A stretch of 64,000 bases of DNA. Source: Mobula hypostoma. Taxonomy: Eukaryota. Below the pieces are notes generated by a model, which made no database searches, was not told the origin of the DNA, and worked only from the letters and a program-made list of their open reading frames with translations. The position numbers and the translations under genes are program-made. The stretch covers positions 992,001-1,056,000 of the forward strand of contig NC_086101.1 in assembly GCF_963921235.1 (NCBI RefSeq), given 5' to 3'. The stretch's first letter is position 1. Each line of letters opens with the position of its first letter. Positions 24,101-35,052 of the stretch are shown piece by piece.

Positions 24101-25845
24101 CCATTATAACTGCTGTTCCTTTATTGCACACATTTCTAATTTCCTGTTTAATACCATCTCCGACCTCACTACTACTGTTAGGTGGCCTGTACACAACTCC
24201 CACCAGCGTCTTCTGCCCCTTAGTGTTATGCAGCTCTACCCATATCGATTCCACATCTTCCCGGCTTATGTCCTTCCTTTCTATTGTGTTAATCTCTTCT
24301 TTAACCAGCAACGCCACCCCACCTCCCCTTCCTTCATGTCTATCCCTCCTGAATATTGAATATCCCTGAACGTTGAGCTCCCATCCCTGGTCACCCTGGA
24401 GCCATGTCTCTGTGATCCCAACTATATCATAATCATTAATAACAATCTGCACTTTCAATTCATCCACCTTATTATGAATGCTCCTTGCATTGACACATAA
24501 AGCCTTCAGGCGCTCTTTTACAACGCTCCTAGCCCTTGTACAATTATGTTGAAAAGTGGCCCTTTTTAATGCTTGCCCTGGATTTGTCGGCCTGCCACTT
24601 TTACTTTTCTCCTTTGTACTTTTTGCTTCTATGCTCACTTTACACCCCTCTGTCTCTCTGCACTGGTTCCCATCCCTCTGTTGTGAACTAACCTCCTCAC
24701 GCCTAGCCTCTTTAATTTGATTCCCACCCCCCAACCATTCTAGTTTAAAGTCACCTCAGTAGCCCCCGCTAATCTCCCTGCCAGGATATTGGTCCCCCTA
24801 GGATTCAAGTGTAACCCGTCCTTTTTGTACAGGTCACACCTGCGCCAAAAGAGGTCCCATGATCCAAAAACTTGAATCCCTGCCCCCTGCTCCAATCCCT
24901 CAGCCACGCAACATTACATTATAGCTGCAACATTACCTCTTGGCTCTTAAACTCAATCCCACGGTTGATGAAGGCCAATATACCGTAAGCCTTCTTAACC
25001 ACAGAGTCAACCTGCGCAGCTGATTTGAGTGTCCTATGGACTCGGACCCCAAGATTCCTCTGATCCTCCACACTGCCAAGTTTCTTACCATTAATACTAT
25101 GTTCTGCCAGCATATTTGACCTGCCAAAGTGAACCACTTCACCATTACCTGGGTTGAACTCCATCTGCCACTTCTCAGCCCAGATTTGCATCCTATAGAG
25201 GACCCGCTGTAAACCTTGACAGCCCTTCACACTATTCACAACACCTCCAACCTTTGTGTCATCAGCAAATTCGCTAACACATCCCTCCATTTCCTCAGCC
25301 AGGTCATTTATAAAAATCACAAAGAGTAGGGGTCTCAGAACAGATCCCTGAGGTACACACCGACCTCCATGCAGAATATGATCTGTCTACAGCCACACTG
25401 TCTTCTGTGGGCAAGCCAGTTCTGCTTGCACAAATCAATGTCCCCTTGGATGCCTTGCTGAAATCCATATACACTACATCTACTGCTCTTCCTTCATCAA
25501 TGTGTTTAGTCACATCCTCAAAAAATTCAATCAGGCTCATAAGGTACGACCTGCCTTTGACAAAGCCAGGCTGACTATTCCTAATTATATTATGCCTCTC
25601 CAAATGTTCATAAATCCTGTCTCTCTGGATGTTCTCCATCAATTTACCAACTACTGAAGTAAGACTCACGGGTCTATACTTTCCTGGGCTATCTCTACTC
25701 CCTTTCTTGAATAAGGGAACAACATCCACAACACTCCGATCCTCCAGAACCTCTCCCATCCCCACTGATGATGCAAAGATCATTGCCAGAGGCTTAGCAA
25801 TCTCCTCCCTTACCTCCCATAGTGGCCTGGGGTACATCTCGTCCG
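21105..25845 (-). mobile_element. Decayed CR1 (family E) in TRIM intron 3, split by the family C copy at 21608-24910
   Basis: RT fragments 21212-21605, 24919-25320 and 25304-25837; the two sides rejoin as ggtcctatatag|ctgcaacattacc. Confidence 0.85.
21702..24734 (-). CDS. Intact CR1 (family C) ORF2, endonuclease plus reverse transcriptase; element about 21608-24910, 5'-truncated within ORF1
   Basis: Uninterrupted 1010-aa frame with VNARS, ITETW, YRPP, GDFN, SDH, NYRPVSLTS, GVPQG and FADD. First codon is TTG; first real Met is residue 211. Confidence 0.96.
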   Translation of the reverse strand: MGGGNQIKEARREEVSSQQRDGNQCRETEGCKVSIEAKSTKEKSKSGRPTNPGQALKRATFQHNCTRARSVVKERLKALCVNARSIHNKVDELKVQIVINDYDIVGITETWLQGDQGWELNVQGYSIFRRDRHEGRGGGVALLVKEEINTIERKDISREDVESIWVELHNTKGQKTLVGVVYRPPNSSSEVGDGIKQEIRNVCNKGTAVIMGDFNLHVDWVNQIGKGAEEEDFLECMRDGFLNQHVEEPTREQAILDWVLSNEEGLISDLVVRGPLGKSDHNMVEFFINMESDIVNSETKVLNLKRGNFEGMRRELAKIDWQMTLKGLTVDMQWQAFKGCMDELQQLFIPVWQKNKSRKVVHPWLTREIRGSINSKEVAYKLARESGSPEDWEKFRVQQRRTKGLIRKGKKDYERKLAENIKTDCKSFYRYVKRKRLVKTNVGPLQTETGELIMGSKDMADQLNNYFGSVFTKEDINNLPEIVRDRGSSEMEELSEIHVSREVVLGKLKGLKADKSPGPDGLHPRVLKEVAQEIVDALVIIFQNSLDSGLVPEDWRVANVTPLFKKGGREKPGNYRPVSLTSVVGKLLESVIKDVITAHLESGEMIGQSQHGFVKGKSCLTNLIEFFEDVTSRVDRGEPVDMVYLDFQKAFDKVPHRRLVWKLKAHGIGGKVLVWVENWLADRKQRVGINGTFSEWQAVTSGVPQGSVLGPQLFTIYINDLDEGIKCSISKFADDTKLGGSVSCEEDAKRMQGDLDRLGEWANSWQMQFNVDKCEVIHFGGKNRKTDYYLNGGRLGKGEVQRDLGVIIHQSLKVGMQVQQAVKKANGMLAFIARGFEYRSREVLLQLYKALVRPHLEYCVQFWSPNLRKDIFAIEGVQRRFTRLIPGMAGLSYEERLDELGLYSLEFRRLRGDLIEKYKILKGLDRLDAGRLFPMLGKSRTRGHSLRIEAKPFRTEIRKNFFTQRVVNLWNSLPQQTVEASSLAMFKRELDMALVATGVRGYGGKAGAGF

Positions 25846-26430
25846 GTCTGCATCATAAACAGGCCATTCGGTCCATCTTACCCTATCCGTTTCCCTGCTT
25901 CACAATCCTCCTCCCACCTGCTCACCACACCCAGCGACAGAGCCCCGAACTCCATGGTCCCTCACATGTTTATCCAGCTTCCCCATTACGTTCAGTCTCA
26001 GCTGTTCCGCTTCAACCACTCCTGTGGCAGTGGGTTCCACACCCTCTTCTCTAAATTTCTTATGGGATTTATTAAAATCCATCTGGAATTTCATCTCCCA
26101 CAATTTTCCTCATAAATATCAGTACAGTTCCCTTCCCCGCACACAATTAAATCCATCACTGATCTTAAATTCCTCCATCTTATCACCCTGATGTCGTATC
26201 TGGATAAAAATGCACAACCTGTCCTGTCTTTCCTGTAAGATTCATCCACTCAGTAATGGTCTAACTTTCAGAAACATTCACTGTAATTTACCCCATGGTT
26301 CTGTATTGTTGGTGTGTGTGTGAGTGACTGCGGGAGTGGGAATTTTCAACACCTTGTGATGATTTGGATGAAATTCAGGATATGGACAGTAAGTCCAAGT
26401 CTAATTGGATTTGTGTTTTGTTTATTTCAG

Positions 26431-26453
26431 GAGGAAGCTCCATGGAACAGGAG
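26431..26453 (+). CDS. TRIM coding exon 4 (23-nt microexon)
   Basis: tttatttcag|GAGGAAGCTCCATGGAACAGGAG|gtagga; a 23-nt exon is typical of PRY-SPRY TRIM genes. Confidence 0.88.
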
Positions 26454-26540
26454 GTAGGACATGCTCTTTACTGAAACCCTGGATGGATTTGTAAATTAGT
26501 TCAAAATTGCAGTTTATAACTAGCAGGTTAAAATTTACAG

Positions 26541-26659
26541 GATTAATGACGATGTCAAGGAATTGTCAGTGACAGATGAGGCCCTACCGTTTGAAACATT
26601 CGATCACCCCGATTTGCTGAACACAGTGCTGAGAGAAACACTTGATGCCATTAATCGAG
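26541..26659 (+). CDS. TRIM coding exon 5 (linker)
   Basis: tttacag|G...CGAG|gtaaaa; 119 nt; INDDVKELSVTDEALPFETFDHPDLLNTVLRETLDAINR; phases fit exons 4 and 6. Confidence 0.9.
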
Positions 26660-28424
26660 GTAAAAATTTACAAAGATTCATTTCTCCATGTTCAATTAAG
26701 TTCTAATTTGAGGCAAAGCATGGCTATAATAATGACTGAAGGGGAACTGAAGTTTATTCCACATCAACCCCACCGACTGGGAGGCATCACTGTCACATGG
26801 TCAGCTGGAGATGTCAGACCCCTAAACACACCAGCACAGGGTCACAATACAACCAATACACGGGACTGGCTGATGAACCACTGTGTCCTGATCTCAGACA
26901 CACTGCACTAACACGCCAAGACATGAGCTTGAATCCTACCACAGGAGCTGGGAAATTAATACTGACTTGATATTATAGGGAATAAAAGTGGGTATCAGTG
27001 TGGTGACCGGGATTGTCAGGAAAATACATAAGTCCTTTGTGCGCTGTGAGTGCAGACTCTGATTGACGCAGGTCTTCCCCTCTTCTGGATCAGCAACTCT
27101 CACTGTTGTTAGAGGTAGAAGAGGGGTGTGGTAGTGATAGGGGACTCAATTGTCAGGGGAACAGACAGGAGAGTCTGTGGACGTGAACTGGTCACCCCAA
27201 TGGTATGTTGCCTCCTAGCTGCCGGGGTCAGAAAAGTCTCGGATCGTGTCTGTAGCATTTTAGAGAGGGAGGAGAAACAGCCAGATCTCCTGGTACATTT
27301 TGGTAGCAATTACCCAGGGAGTAAAAGCAAGTAGGTCTTGAACATAGAATTGAGAGAGCTCAGTACAAAGCTAAGAAGCTGTACCTCCAGGGCTGTCATT
27401 TCTGGATTGCTGCCTGTGCCACGTGCCAGTGCGGGTAGGAACAGAATGTTTTGGCAGATAAATGTGTGCCTGAGAATCTGGCATGGGGGAAGTACGACCT
27501 GTTCAAAAGTGACGGGTTGCACCTGGACCAGAGGGGGAGCAATGTTCTCTCAGAGGTTTGATAGAGCTGTTGGGGAGGGTTTCAACTGGCGTCGGGGAGG
27601 ACTAGAGTGAAGGGACTCTGGATAGGACTAACGGTAAAAAAACCCCAGAGATAACGTGCAGTCAGACTATCAGTTAGGGCGTACAGATGCGAGGACAAAA
27701 TCACAGCCAGCAGGGTGAGTGTAAGTGCATTAGGGACGCAGAATCAAAAAGGGTAGCAAATACAGTACTCAAAGTGTTAGATCTCATTGCATGGAGTATA
27801 AAAAATAAGGGTACAGCTTGTCAAGTATGATGTTGTGGCCATCACTGAATCGTGGCTGAAGGATGGTTGCAGCTCAGAACTGAATGTTCAAGGTTACACA
27901 ACGTATTGGTTTGTCGCTGAGCCTACTAGGAAATCATCTCTACTGGATTGGGTATTATGCATTGAACCGGAGTTGATGAGGAAACTTAATGTAAAATAAC
28001 CTTTAGGGGGCAGTGCTCACAACACGACAGAGTTCAATTTGAAATTTGATAAGGAGAAAGTGAAGTCTGACGTTGTAGTATTTCACTGGAGTAAAGGAAA
28101 TTACAGTGATCTGAGAGAGGAGTTGGCCAAAGTAAATTGGAAGGAGATGCTGGCAGTGATGACAGCAGAGCAGAAATGGTGTCAGGTTCTGGGAAAATGA
28201 GGAAGGTGAAAGATAGATGTACTGCAAAAATTAAATGAATACTCAAATAGCAAAATAGTACAACCGTGGCTGACAAGGGAAGACAAGCTAATGTCAAAGC
28301 CAAAAAGAGAATGCATATAACAAAGCAAAAATTAGTAGGAAGTCAGAGGTTTGGGAAGCTTTTAATATCTACTGAGAGGAACTAAAAGAATCATTGGGAA
28401 GGGAAAAATGAAAAAAATGAAATG

Positions 28425-29910
28425 AATTTACGTTATTACTTACGTCCTTCTTTACGTTAAGTCTCTGTCTAAATGTCATGGTCCGGTCCGTAAAGTATGA
28501 ATTCCAGTTCACAGTCCGGTCCATCGTTCATTATTCCAGGTTTTCTGGTTTTCCCTTTTTCCTGTTGGGTGTTCTAATTGAGGCAGCTGATTCACATTTT
28601 GGGCTGGCTACATAAATAGCTCCTTGGTTCGGCTTCAGTTGCCGGATTGTTCCTGTCCAAACCTCCTGTCTGTATCCCTTTGCTCCTTCCCCCTGAAGCC
28701 TTGGCCTGCAACTGGTGTCTGAAGCCTTGCTTTGCGTTGCCTCGCCTCACCTGTAACCTTTGCCTGAACCGCTGTCAAGTTCAACTGCCGGAGCAAGATA
28801 AGGAACTGTCTATCATTGTTTGGAATTGTCTCTCTGTATCCACGCCGTCACTAGGTAGGTCCGGCTGTTTGCCGCTACCTTGAGTTGGGAACTGTCTTGT
28901 CATGTTTAGCATTCTGTGTATGAGTCCCGGCCCTATGTCCTGATCCCAAGGAGGCGTCCAGGCTCTATGCTCCTGTCTCTCCCTCGACCAAGGCTCAGCG
29001 CTCCTGTCCTACTTCGACTAAGTCAAGGCTTCGTGTTCTTGTCCAGTCCATGTGCCTCGTCCTGTGCTGGAGTTCACTCGTCCTGTACTGGAGTTCCCTC
29101 ATCTTGCCCAGGAGTCTCTTGTTCTCTTCTGTAGCCTCGCCTAGTCCTGTCTCCCAAGAGTCATGTCTTCACCTAGTTCTGGAGTCTGAGCCCGAGTCAA
29201 GACCCAGGTTTTGGGTCCTTGTCTATTCTCTGGCTCGCTATGTCCTCGCCTCGAGGAGCCCGGGCCTCGCCATGTCCTCGCCTTGGGGAGCCACGTCTTG
29301 GCCTCGGGGAGCCCGGGCCTCACCACATCCTGGCCTCGGGGAACCCAAGCCACGTCCAGTCCTGTAGCCACGTCACGTCCTCGCCTAGTTCTGGGGTCCG
29401 AGCCCGAGTCAAGACCCAGTTTCTGGGTCCTTGACCAGTCTCTGGCTTAGGGTCCAAGCCCAGGCTCCTACCTCCCAGTTCCTAGTCCTGGTCCTCCTCA
29501 CCTAGCCAATGTCCTAGCCCATGTCTGTGTTCTTGTCTCAGCTCCTAGTCACATCCAGTCACGTCCCGAACTCTAGTCTCTAGTCCTGTCCTGTTCCTAT
29601 TACTTCAGTGTTTGTGTCTTGCATTTGGGTCCACCGTCAATGCCCACCCTTATGACACTAAATGAGCAATGTGCAATTTATAGTAATATATTAAATAAAA
29701 TGTATAACATACTCGTCAATATAACGTAGAAATACAGTTGTCTGAGCATGAGTTAAGCAGTCTGATGGCCTGGTGGAAGCTGTCCCGGAGCCTGTTGGTC
29801 CTGGCTTTTACGCTGCGATACCATTTCCCGGATGTTAGCAACTGGTACAGTTTCTGGTTGGGGTGACCCGAGTCTCCAAAGATCCTTCAGGACCCTTTTA
29901 TACACATGCC
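28425..29910 (-). mobile_element. Rex1/Babar-like LINE 3' fragment, host of the solo LTR
   Basis: 29750-29900 on the minus strand resembles the Rex1 C-terminus (SGKWYRS.KARTNRLRDSF...AIRLLN) followed by an AT-rich 3' UTR. Confidence 0.55.
28474..29657 (+). mobile_element. Solo LTR (Gypsy-type) with 5-bp TSD
   Basis: TGTCA...TGACA termini; TSD ctaaa at 28469-28473 and 29658-29662; TATA-like cataaata at about 28611. Confidence 0.9.
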
Positions 29911-30085
29911 TTTGTAAAACAAGTTAGCAAACAATATCAAATTGTGTTTCTTATTGTGAAAAATAGAGGTGAGAGTGATATAGAATCGCTAGGAAATGAG
30001 GCCAGATGTATAATAATGGGGGACAAAGAGATGGCAGATGAAGGAAATGAGTATTTTGCATTGGTCTTCACTGTGGAAGACACTA

Positions 30086-30489
30086 GCACTGTGCCAGATG
30101 CTGAAGGGAGTGAGGGAAGAGAAGTGAGTGCGGTTACTGTTACAGGGCAGAAGGCACTGTGCCAGATGCTGAAGGGTGGGAGGGAAGAGAAGTGAGTGCG
30201 GTTACTGTCACAAGGGAGAAGGCACTGTGCCAGATGCTGAAGGGTGGGAGGGAAGAGAAGTGAGTGTGGTTACTGTTACAGGGCAGAAGGCACTGTGCCA
30301 GATGCTGAAGGGTGGGAGAGAAGTGAGTGCGGTTACTGTTAGAGGGCAGAAGGCACTGTGCCAGATGCTGAAGGGAGGGAGGGAAGAGAAGTGAGTGCGG
30401 TTACTGTTACAGGGCAGAAGGCACTGTGCCAGATGCTGAAGGGTGGGAGGGAAGAGAAGTGAGTGTGGTTACTGTTACAAGGGAGAAGG
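30086..30489. repeat. 68-bp minisatellite, six copies, amplified from CR1 ORF2 sequence
   Basis: gcactgtgccagatgctgaaggg starts at 30086, 30154, 30222, 30290, 30353 and 30421. Confidence 0.93.
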
Positions 30490-30727
30490 TGCTCGAAAAG
30501 GTGAAAGAACGTGAAGGCACATAAGTCACCCGGACAAGATGAACTGCACCCTCGTGTTCTGAAAGAGTTTGCGGTAGACATTGTGGAGGCATTTTAAATG
30601 ATCTTTCAAAAATCATTGGTGCCGGGGGCTGGAAAATTGCAAATGTCACTTAACTCTTTCAGTAGAGGAAGGCAGGGCAAATTCTTCCCATGTCCTAATG
30701 AGGGGCAGCGGGTGATGGGGTTGTGGG

Positions 30728-33700
30728 AAACATAGAAACATAGAAAATAGGTGCAGGAGTAGGCCATTCGGCCCTTTGAGCCTTCACCGCTATTTATTAT
30801 GATCATGGCTGATCATCCTACTCAGAACCCTGCACCAGCCTTCCCTCCATACCCCCGATCCCTTTAGCCACAAGGGCCATATCTAACTCCCTCTTAAATA
30901 TAGCCAATGAACTGGCCTCAACTGTTTCCTGTGGCAGAGAATTCCACAGATTCACCACTCTCTGTGAAGAGGTTTCTCCTCATCTCGGTCCTAAAAGGCT
31001 TCTCCTTTATCCTCAAACTGTGACCCCTCGTTCTGGACTTCCCCAACGTCGGGAACAATCTTCCTGCATCTAGCCTGACCAATCCCTTTAGGATTTTATA
31101 CGTTTCAATCAGATCCCCCCTCAATCTTCTAAATTCCAACGAGTACAAGCCCAGTTCATCCAGTCTTTCTTCATATGAAAGTCCTGCCATCCCAGGAATC
31201 AATCTGGTGAACCTTCTTTGTACTCCCTCTATGGCAAGGATGTCTTTCCTCAGATTAGGGGACCAAAACTGCACACAATACTCCAGGTGTGGTCTCACCA
31301 AGGCCTTGTACAACTGTAGTAGTACCTCCGTGCTCCTGTACTCGAATCTTCTCGTTATAAATGCCAGCATACCATTCGCCTTCTTCACCGCCTGCTGTAC
31401 CTGCATGCCCACTTTCAATGACTGGTGTATAATGACACACAGGTCTCGTTGCACCTCCCCTTTTCCTAATTGGCCACCATTCAGATAATAATCTGTTTTC
31501 CTATTTTTGCCACCAAAGTGGATAACTTCACATTTATCCACATTAAATTGCATCTGCCATGAATTTGCCCTCTCACCCAACCTATCCAAGTCACCCTGCA
31601 TCCTCTTAGCATTCTCCTCAGAGCTAACACTGCTGCCCAGCTTCGTGTCATCCGCAAACTTGGAGATGCTGCATTTAATTCCCTCATCCAAGTCATTAAT
31701 ATATATTGTAAACAACTGGGGTCCCAGCACTGAGCCTTGCGGTACCCTACTAGTCACTGCCTGCCATTCTGAAAAGGTCCGTTTATTCCCACTCTTTGCT
31801 TCCTGTCTGCTAACCAATTCTCTATCCACATCAATACCTTACCCCCAATTCCGTGTGCTTTAAGTTTGCACACTAATCTCCTGTGTGGGACCTTGTCAAA
31901 AGCCTTTTGAAAATCCAAATATACCACATCCACTGGTTCTCCCCTATCCACTCTACTAGTTACATCCTCAAAAAATTCTGAGATTCGTCAGACATGATTT
32001 TCCTTTCACAAATCCATGCTGACTTTGTCTGATCATTTCACCGCTTTCCAAATGTGCTGTTATCACATCTTTGATAACTGACTCCAGCAGTTTCCCCACC
32101 ACTGATGTTAGGCTAACCGGTCTATAATTCCCCGGTTTCTCTCTCCCTCCTTTTTTAAAAAGTGGGGTTACATTAGCCACCCTCCAATCCTCAGGAACTA
32201 GTCCAGAATCTAACCAGTTTTGAAAAATTATCACCAATGCATCCACTATTTCTTGGGCTACTTCCTTAAGCACTCTGGGATGCAGACCATCTGGCCCTGG
32301 GGATTTATCTGCCTTTAATCCCTTCAATTTACCCAACACCACTTCCCTACTAACATGTATTTCCCTCAGTTCCTCCATCTCACTGGACCCTCTGTCCCCT
32401 ACTATTTCTGGAAGATTATTTATGTCCTCCTTAGTGAAGACAGAACCAAAGTAATTATTCAATTGGTCTGCCATGTCCTTGCTCCCCATAATCAATTCAC
32501 CTGTTTCTGTCTGTAGGGGACCTACATTTGTCTTAACCAATCTTTTTCTTTTCACATATCTATAAAAGCTTTTACAGTCAGTTTTTATGTTCCCTGCCAG
32601 TTTTCTCTCATTATCTTTTTTCCCCTTCCTAATTAAGCCCTTTGTCCTCCTCTGCTGAACTCTGAATTTCTCCCAGTCCTCAGGTGAGCCATTTTTCTGG
32701 CTAATATGTATGCTTCTTCTTTAGAATTGATACTATCCCTAATTTCTCTTGTCAGCCACGGGTGCACTACCTTCCTTGATTTATTCTTTGGCCAAACTGG
32801 GATGAACAATTGTTGTAGTTCATCCATGCAATCCTTAAATGCCTGCCATTGCATATCCACCGTCAATCCTTTTAAGTGTCATTTGCCAGTCTATCTTAGC
32901 TAATTCACGTCTCATACCTTCAAAGTTACCCTTCTTTAAGTTCAGAACCTTTGTTTCTGAATTAACTATGTCACTCTCCATCTTAATGAAGAATTCCACC
33001 ATATTATGGTCACTCTTACCCAAGGGGCCTCTCATGACAAGATTGCTAATTAACCCTTCCTCATTGCTCAAAACCCAGTCCAGAATAGCCTGCTCTCTAG
33101 TTGGTTCCTCGACATGTTGGTTCAAAAAACCATCCCGCATACATTCCAAGAAATCCTCTTCCTCAGCACCTTTACCAATTTGGTTCACCAAATCTACATG
33201 TAGATTGAAGTCACCCATTATAACTGCTGTTCCTTTATTGCACAGATTTCTAATTTCCTGTTTAATACCATCTCCGACCTCACTACTCCTGTTAGGTGGC
33301 CTGTACACAACTCCCACCAGCGTTTTCTGCCCCTTAGTGTTATGCAGCTCTACCCATATCGATTCCACATCTTCCCGGCTTATGTCCTTCCTTTCTATTG
33401 CGTTAATCTCTTCTTTAACCAGCAATGCTACCCCACCTCCTTTTCTTTCATGTCTATCCATCCTGAATATTGAATATCCCTGAACGTTGAGCTCCCATCC
33501 CTGGTCATCCTGGAGCCATGTCTCTGTGATCCCAACTATATCATAATCATTAATAACAATCTGCACTTTCAATTCATCCACCTTATTACGAATGCTCCTT
33601 GCATTGACACACAAAGCCTTCAGGCGCTCTTTTACAACTCTCTTAGCCCTTATACAATCATGTTGAAAAGTGGCCCTTTTTGATGCTTGCCCTGGATTTG

Positions 33701-34397
33701 TCGGCCTGCCACTTTTACTTTTCTCCTTACTACTTTTTGCTTCTACCCTCACTTTACACCCCTCTGTCTCTCTGCACTGGTTCCCATCCCCCTGTTGTGA
33801 ACTAACCTCCTCTTGCCTAGCCTCTTTAATTTGATTCCCACCCCCCAACCATTCTAGTTTAAAGTCACCTCAGTAGCCCTCGCTAATCTCCCTGCCAGGA
33901 TATTGGTCCCCCTAGGATTCAAGTGTAACCCGTCCTTTTCGTACAGGTCACGCCTGTGCCAAAAGAGGTCCCAATGATCCAAAAACTTGAATCCCTGCCC
34001 CCTGCTCCAATCCCTCAGCCACGCATTTATCCTCCACCTCATCGCATTCCTACTCTCACTGTCGTGTGGCACAGGCAGTAATCCCGAGATTACTACCTTT
34101 GCGGTCCTTTTTCTCAACTCCCTTCCTAGCTCCCTATATTCTCCTTTCAGGACCTCTTCCCTTTTCCTACCTATGTCATTGGTACCTATATGTACCAGGA
34201 CCTCTGGCTCCTCACCCTCCCACTTCAGGATATCTTGGACAGGATCAGAAATATCCCGGACCCTGGCACCAGGGAGGCAAACTACCATCCGGGTCTCTGG
34301 ACTGCGTCCACAGAATCGCCTATCAGACCCCCTTACTATCGAGTCCCCTATCACAACTGCCCTCCTCTTCCTTCCCCTACCCTTCTGAGCTACAGGG
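30728..34397 (-). mobile_element. CR1 (family C) in TRIM intron 5: esterase ORF1 part plus frameshifted ORF2
   Basis: ORF 33854-34405 (GDSIVR, VHIGTND, DGLHLN). ORF2 pieces are nearly identical to the 1010-aa ORF. Confidence 0.95.
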
Positions 34398-34604
34398 GAC
34401 ATCATTTCCCATCTTTGTCCCCCTCCAGCTTCTCGTTATGTCCACACACACAGTTCACCCACAGGCTCTCCACCCCTCGCCCAGCAGGTACTCGTTCAAT
34501 CTGCCATTCATCTCTCCCCTACTGGTTCCCATTATCACCTCCTTTACTCTCTCTAACCTTCACCCACCCCCACTTCACACTTACAAATGAATGTCAACAT
34601 TGAA

Positions 34605-34722
34605 TGATAAACATAAAATATTCTGCGGATGCTGGGGGTCAAAACAACACTCACAACATGCTGGAGGAACTCAGCAGGTCGGGCAGCATCCATGGAAACG
34701 GTCAGTCAGCGTTTCGGGCCAG
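34605..34722 (-). mobile_element. Penelope-like pseudo-LTR 3' fragment
   Basis: Reverse complement matches 18540-18620 and 61120-61230. Confidence 0.75.
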
Positions 34723-35052
34723 AAACTGCCTGTTCCTGACCTGTACCATTCTATGTTCTCTGTTCCCTGTTCAGAAGAATGAGAGGAGATCTCAGGGAAA
34801 CACGAAATTCCTTCAGTGCTCAACAGGCAGGATACAGGGAGGATATTTCCCCCGACAGAGAAGTTAAGGGTCAGGGGTCACTGTCTGTTTTGAATTCTCA
34901 GCACTCGTGGCGGGGGGAGGGGGTCTGAGGGTTCTTAGCCATTCAGTTCACAAAGCCATCGCCATACAGCTTAGAAATATGCCCTTCGACCATTACCTCT
35001 GTGCTGACCCATTTACCCATCTACGTTCATCCCACTGGCTGGCATTAGGTCA

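Larger units (their letters stand above)
27110..30680 (+). mobile_element. Old, heavily decayed CR1 (ORF1 esterase to start of RT) with nested insertions
   Basis: VVIGDSIVRGTDRR, ISGLLPVPRA, YFALVFTVED and aagtcacccggacaagatgaactgcaccctcg (KSPG.D.LHPR). Confidence 0.8.

Noticed and set aside
23593..24369. 258-aa plus-strand ORF, and similar ones at 32839-33483 and 22390-22794
   Set aside because: Antisense shadows of CR1 ORF2 with no independent protein motifs.
30086..30489. CRISPR-like regular repeats
   Set aside because: Head-to-tail units with no unique spacers, in a eukaryotic LINE context.
33854..34405. Cellular GDSL/SGNH esterase gene or horizontal transfer
   Set aside because: It is the known esterase domain of CR1 ORF1, directly upstream of ORF2.
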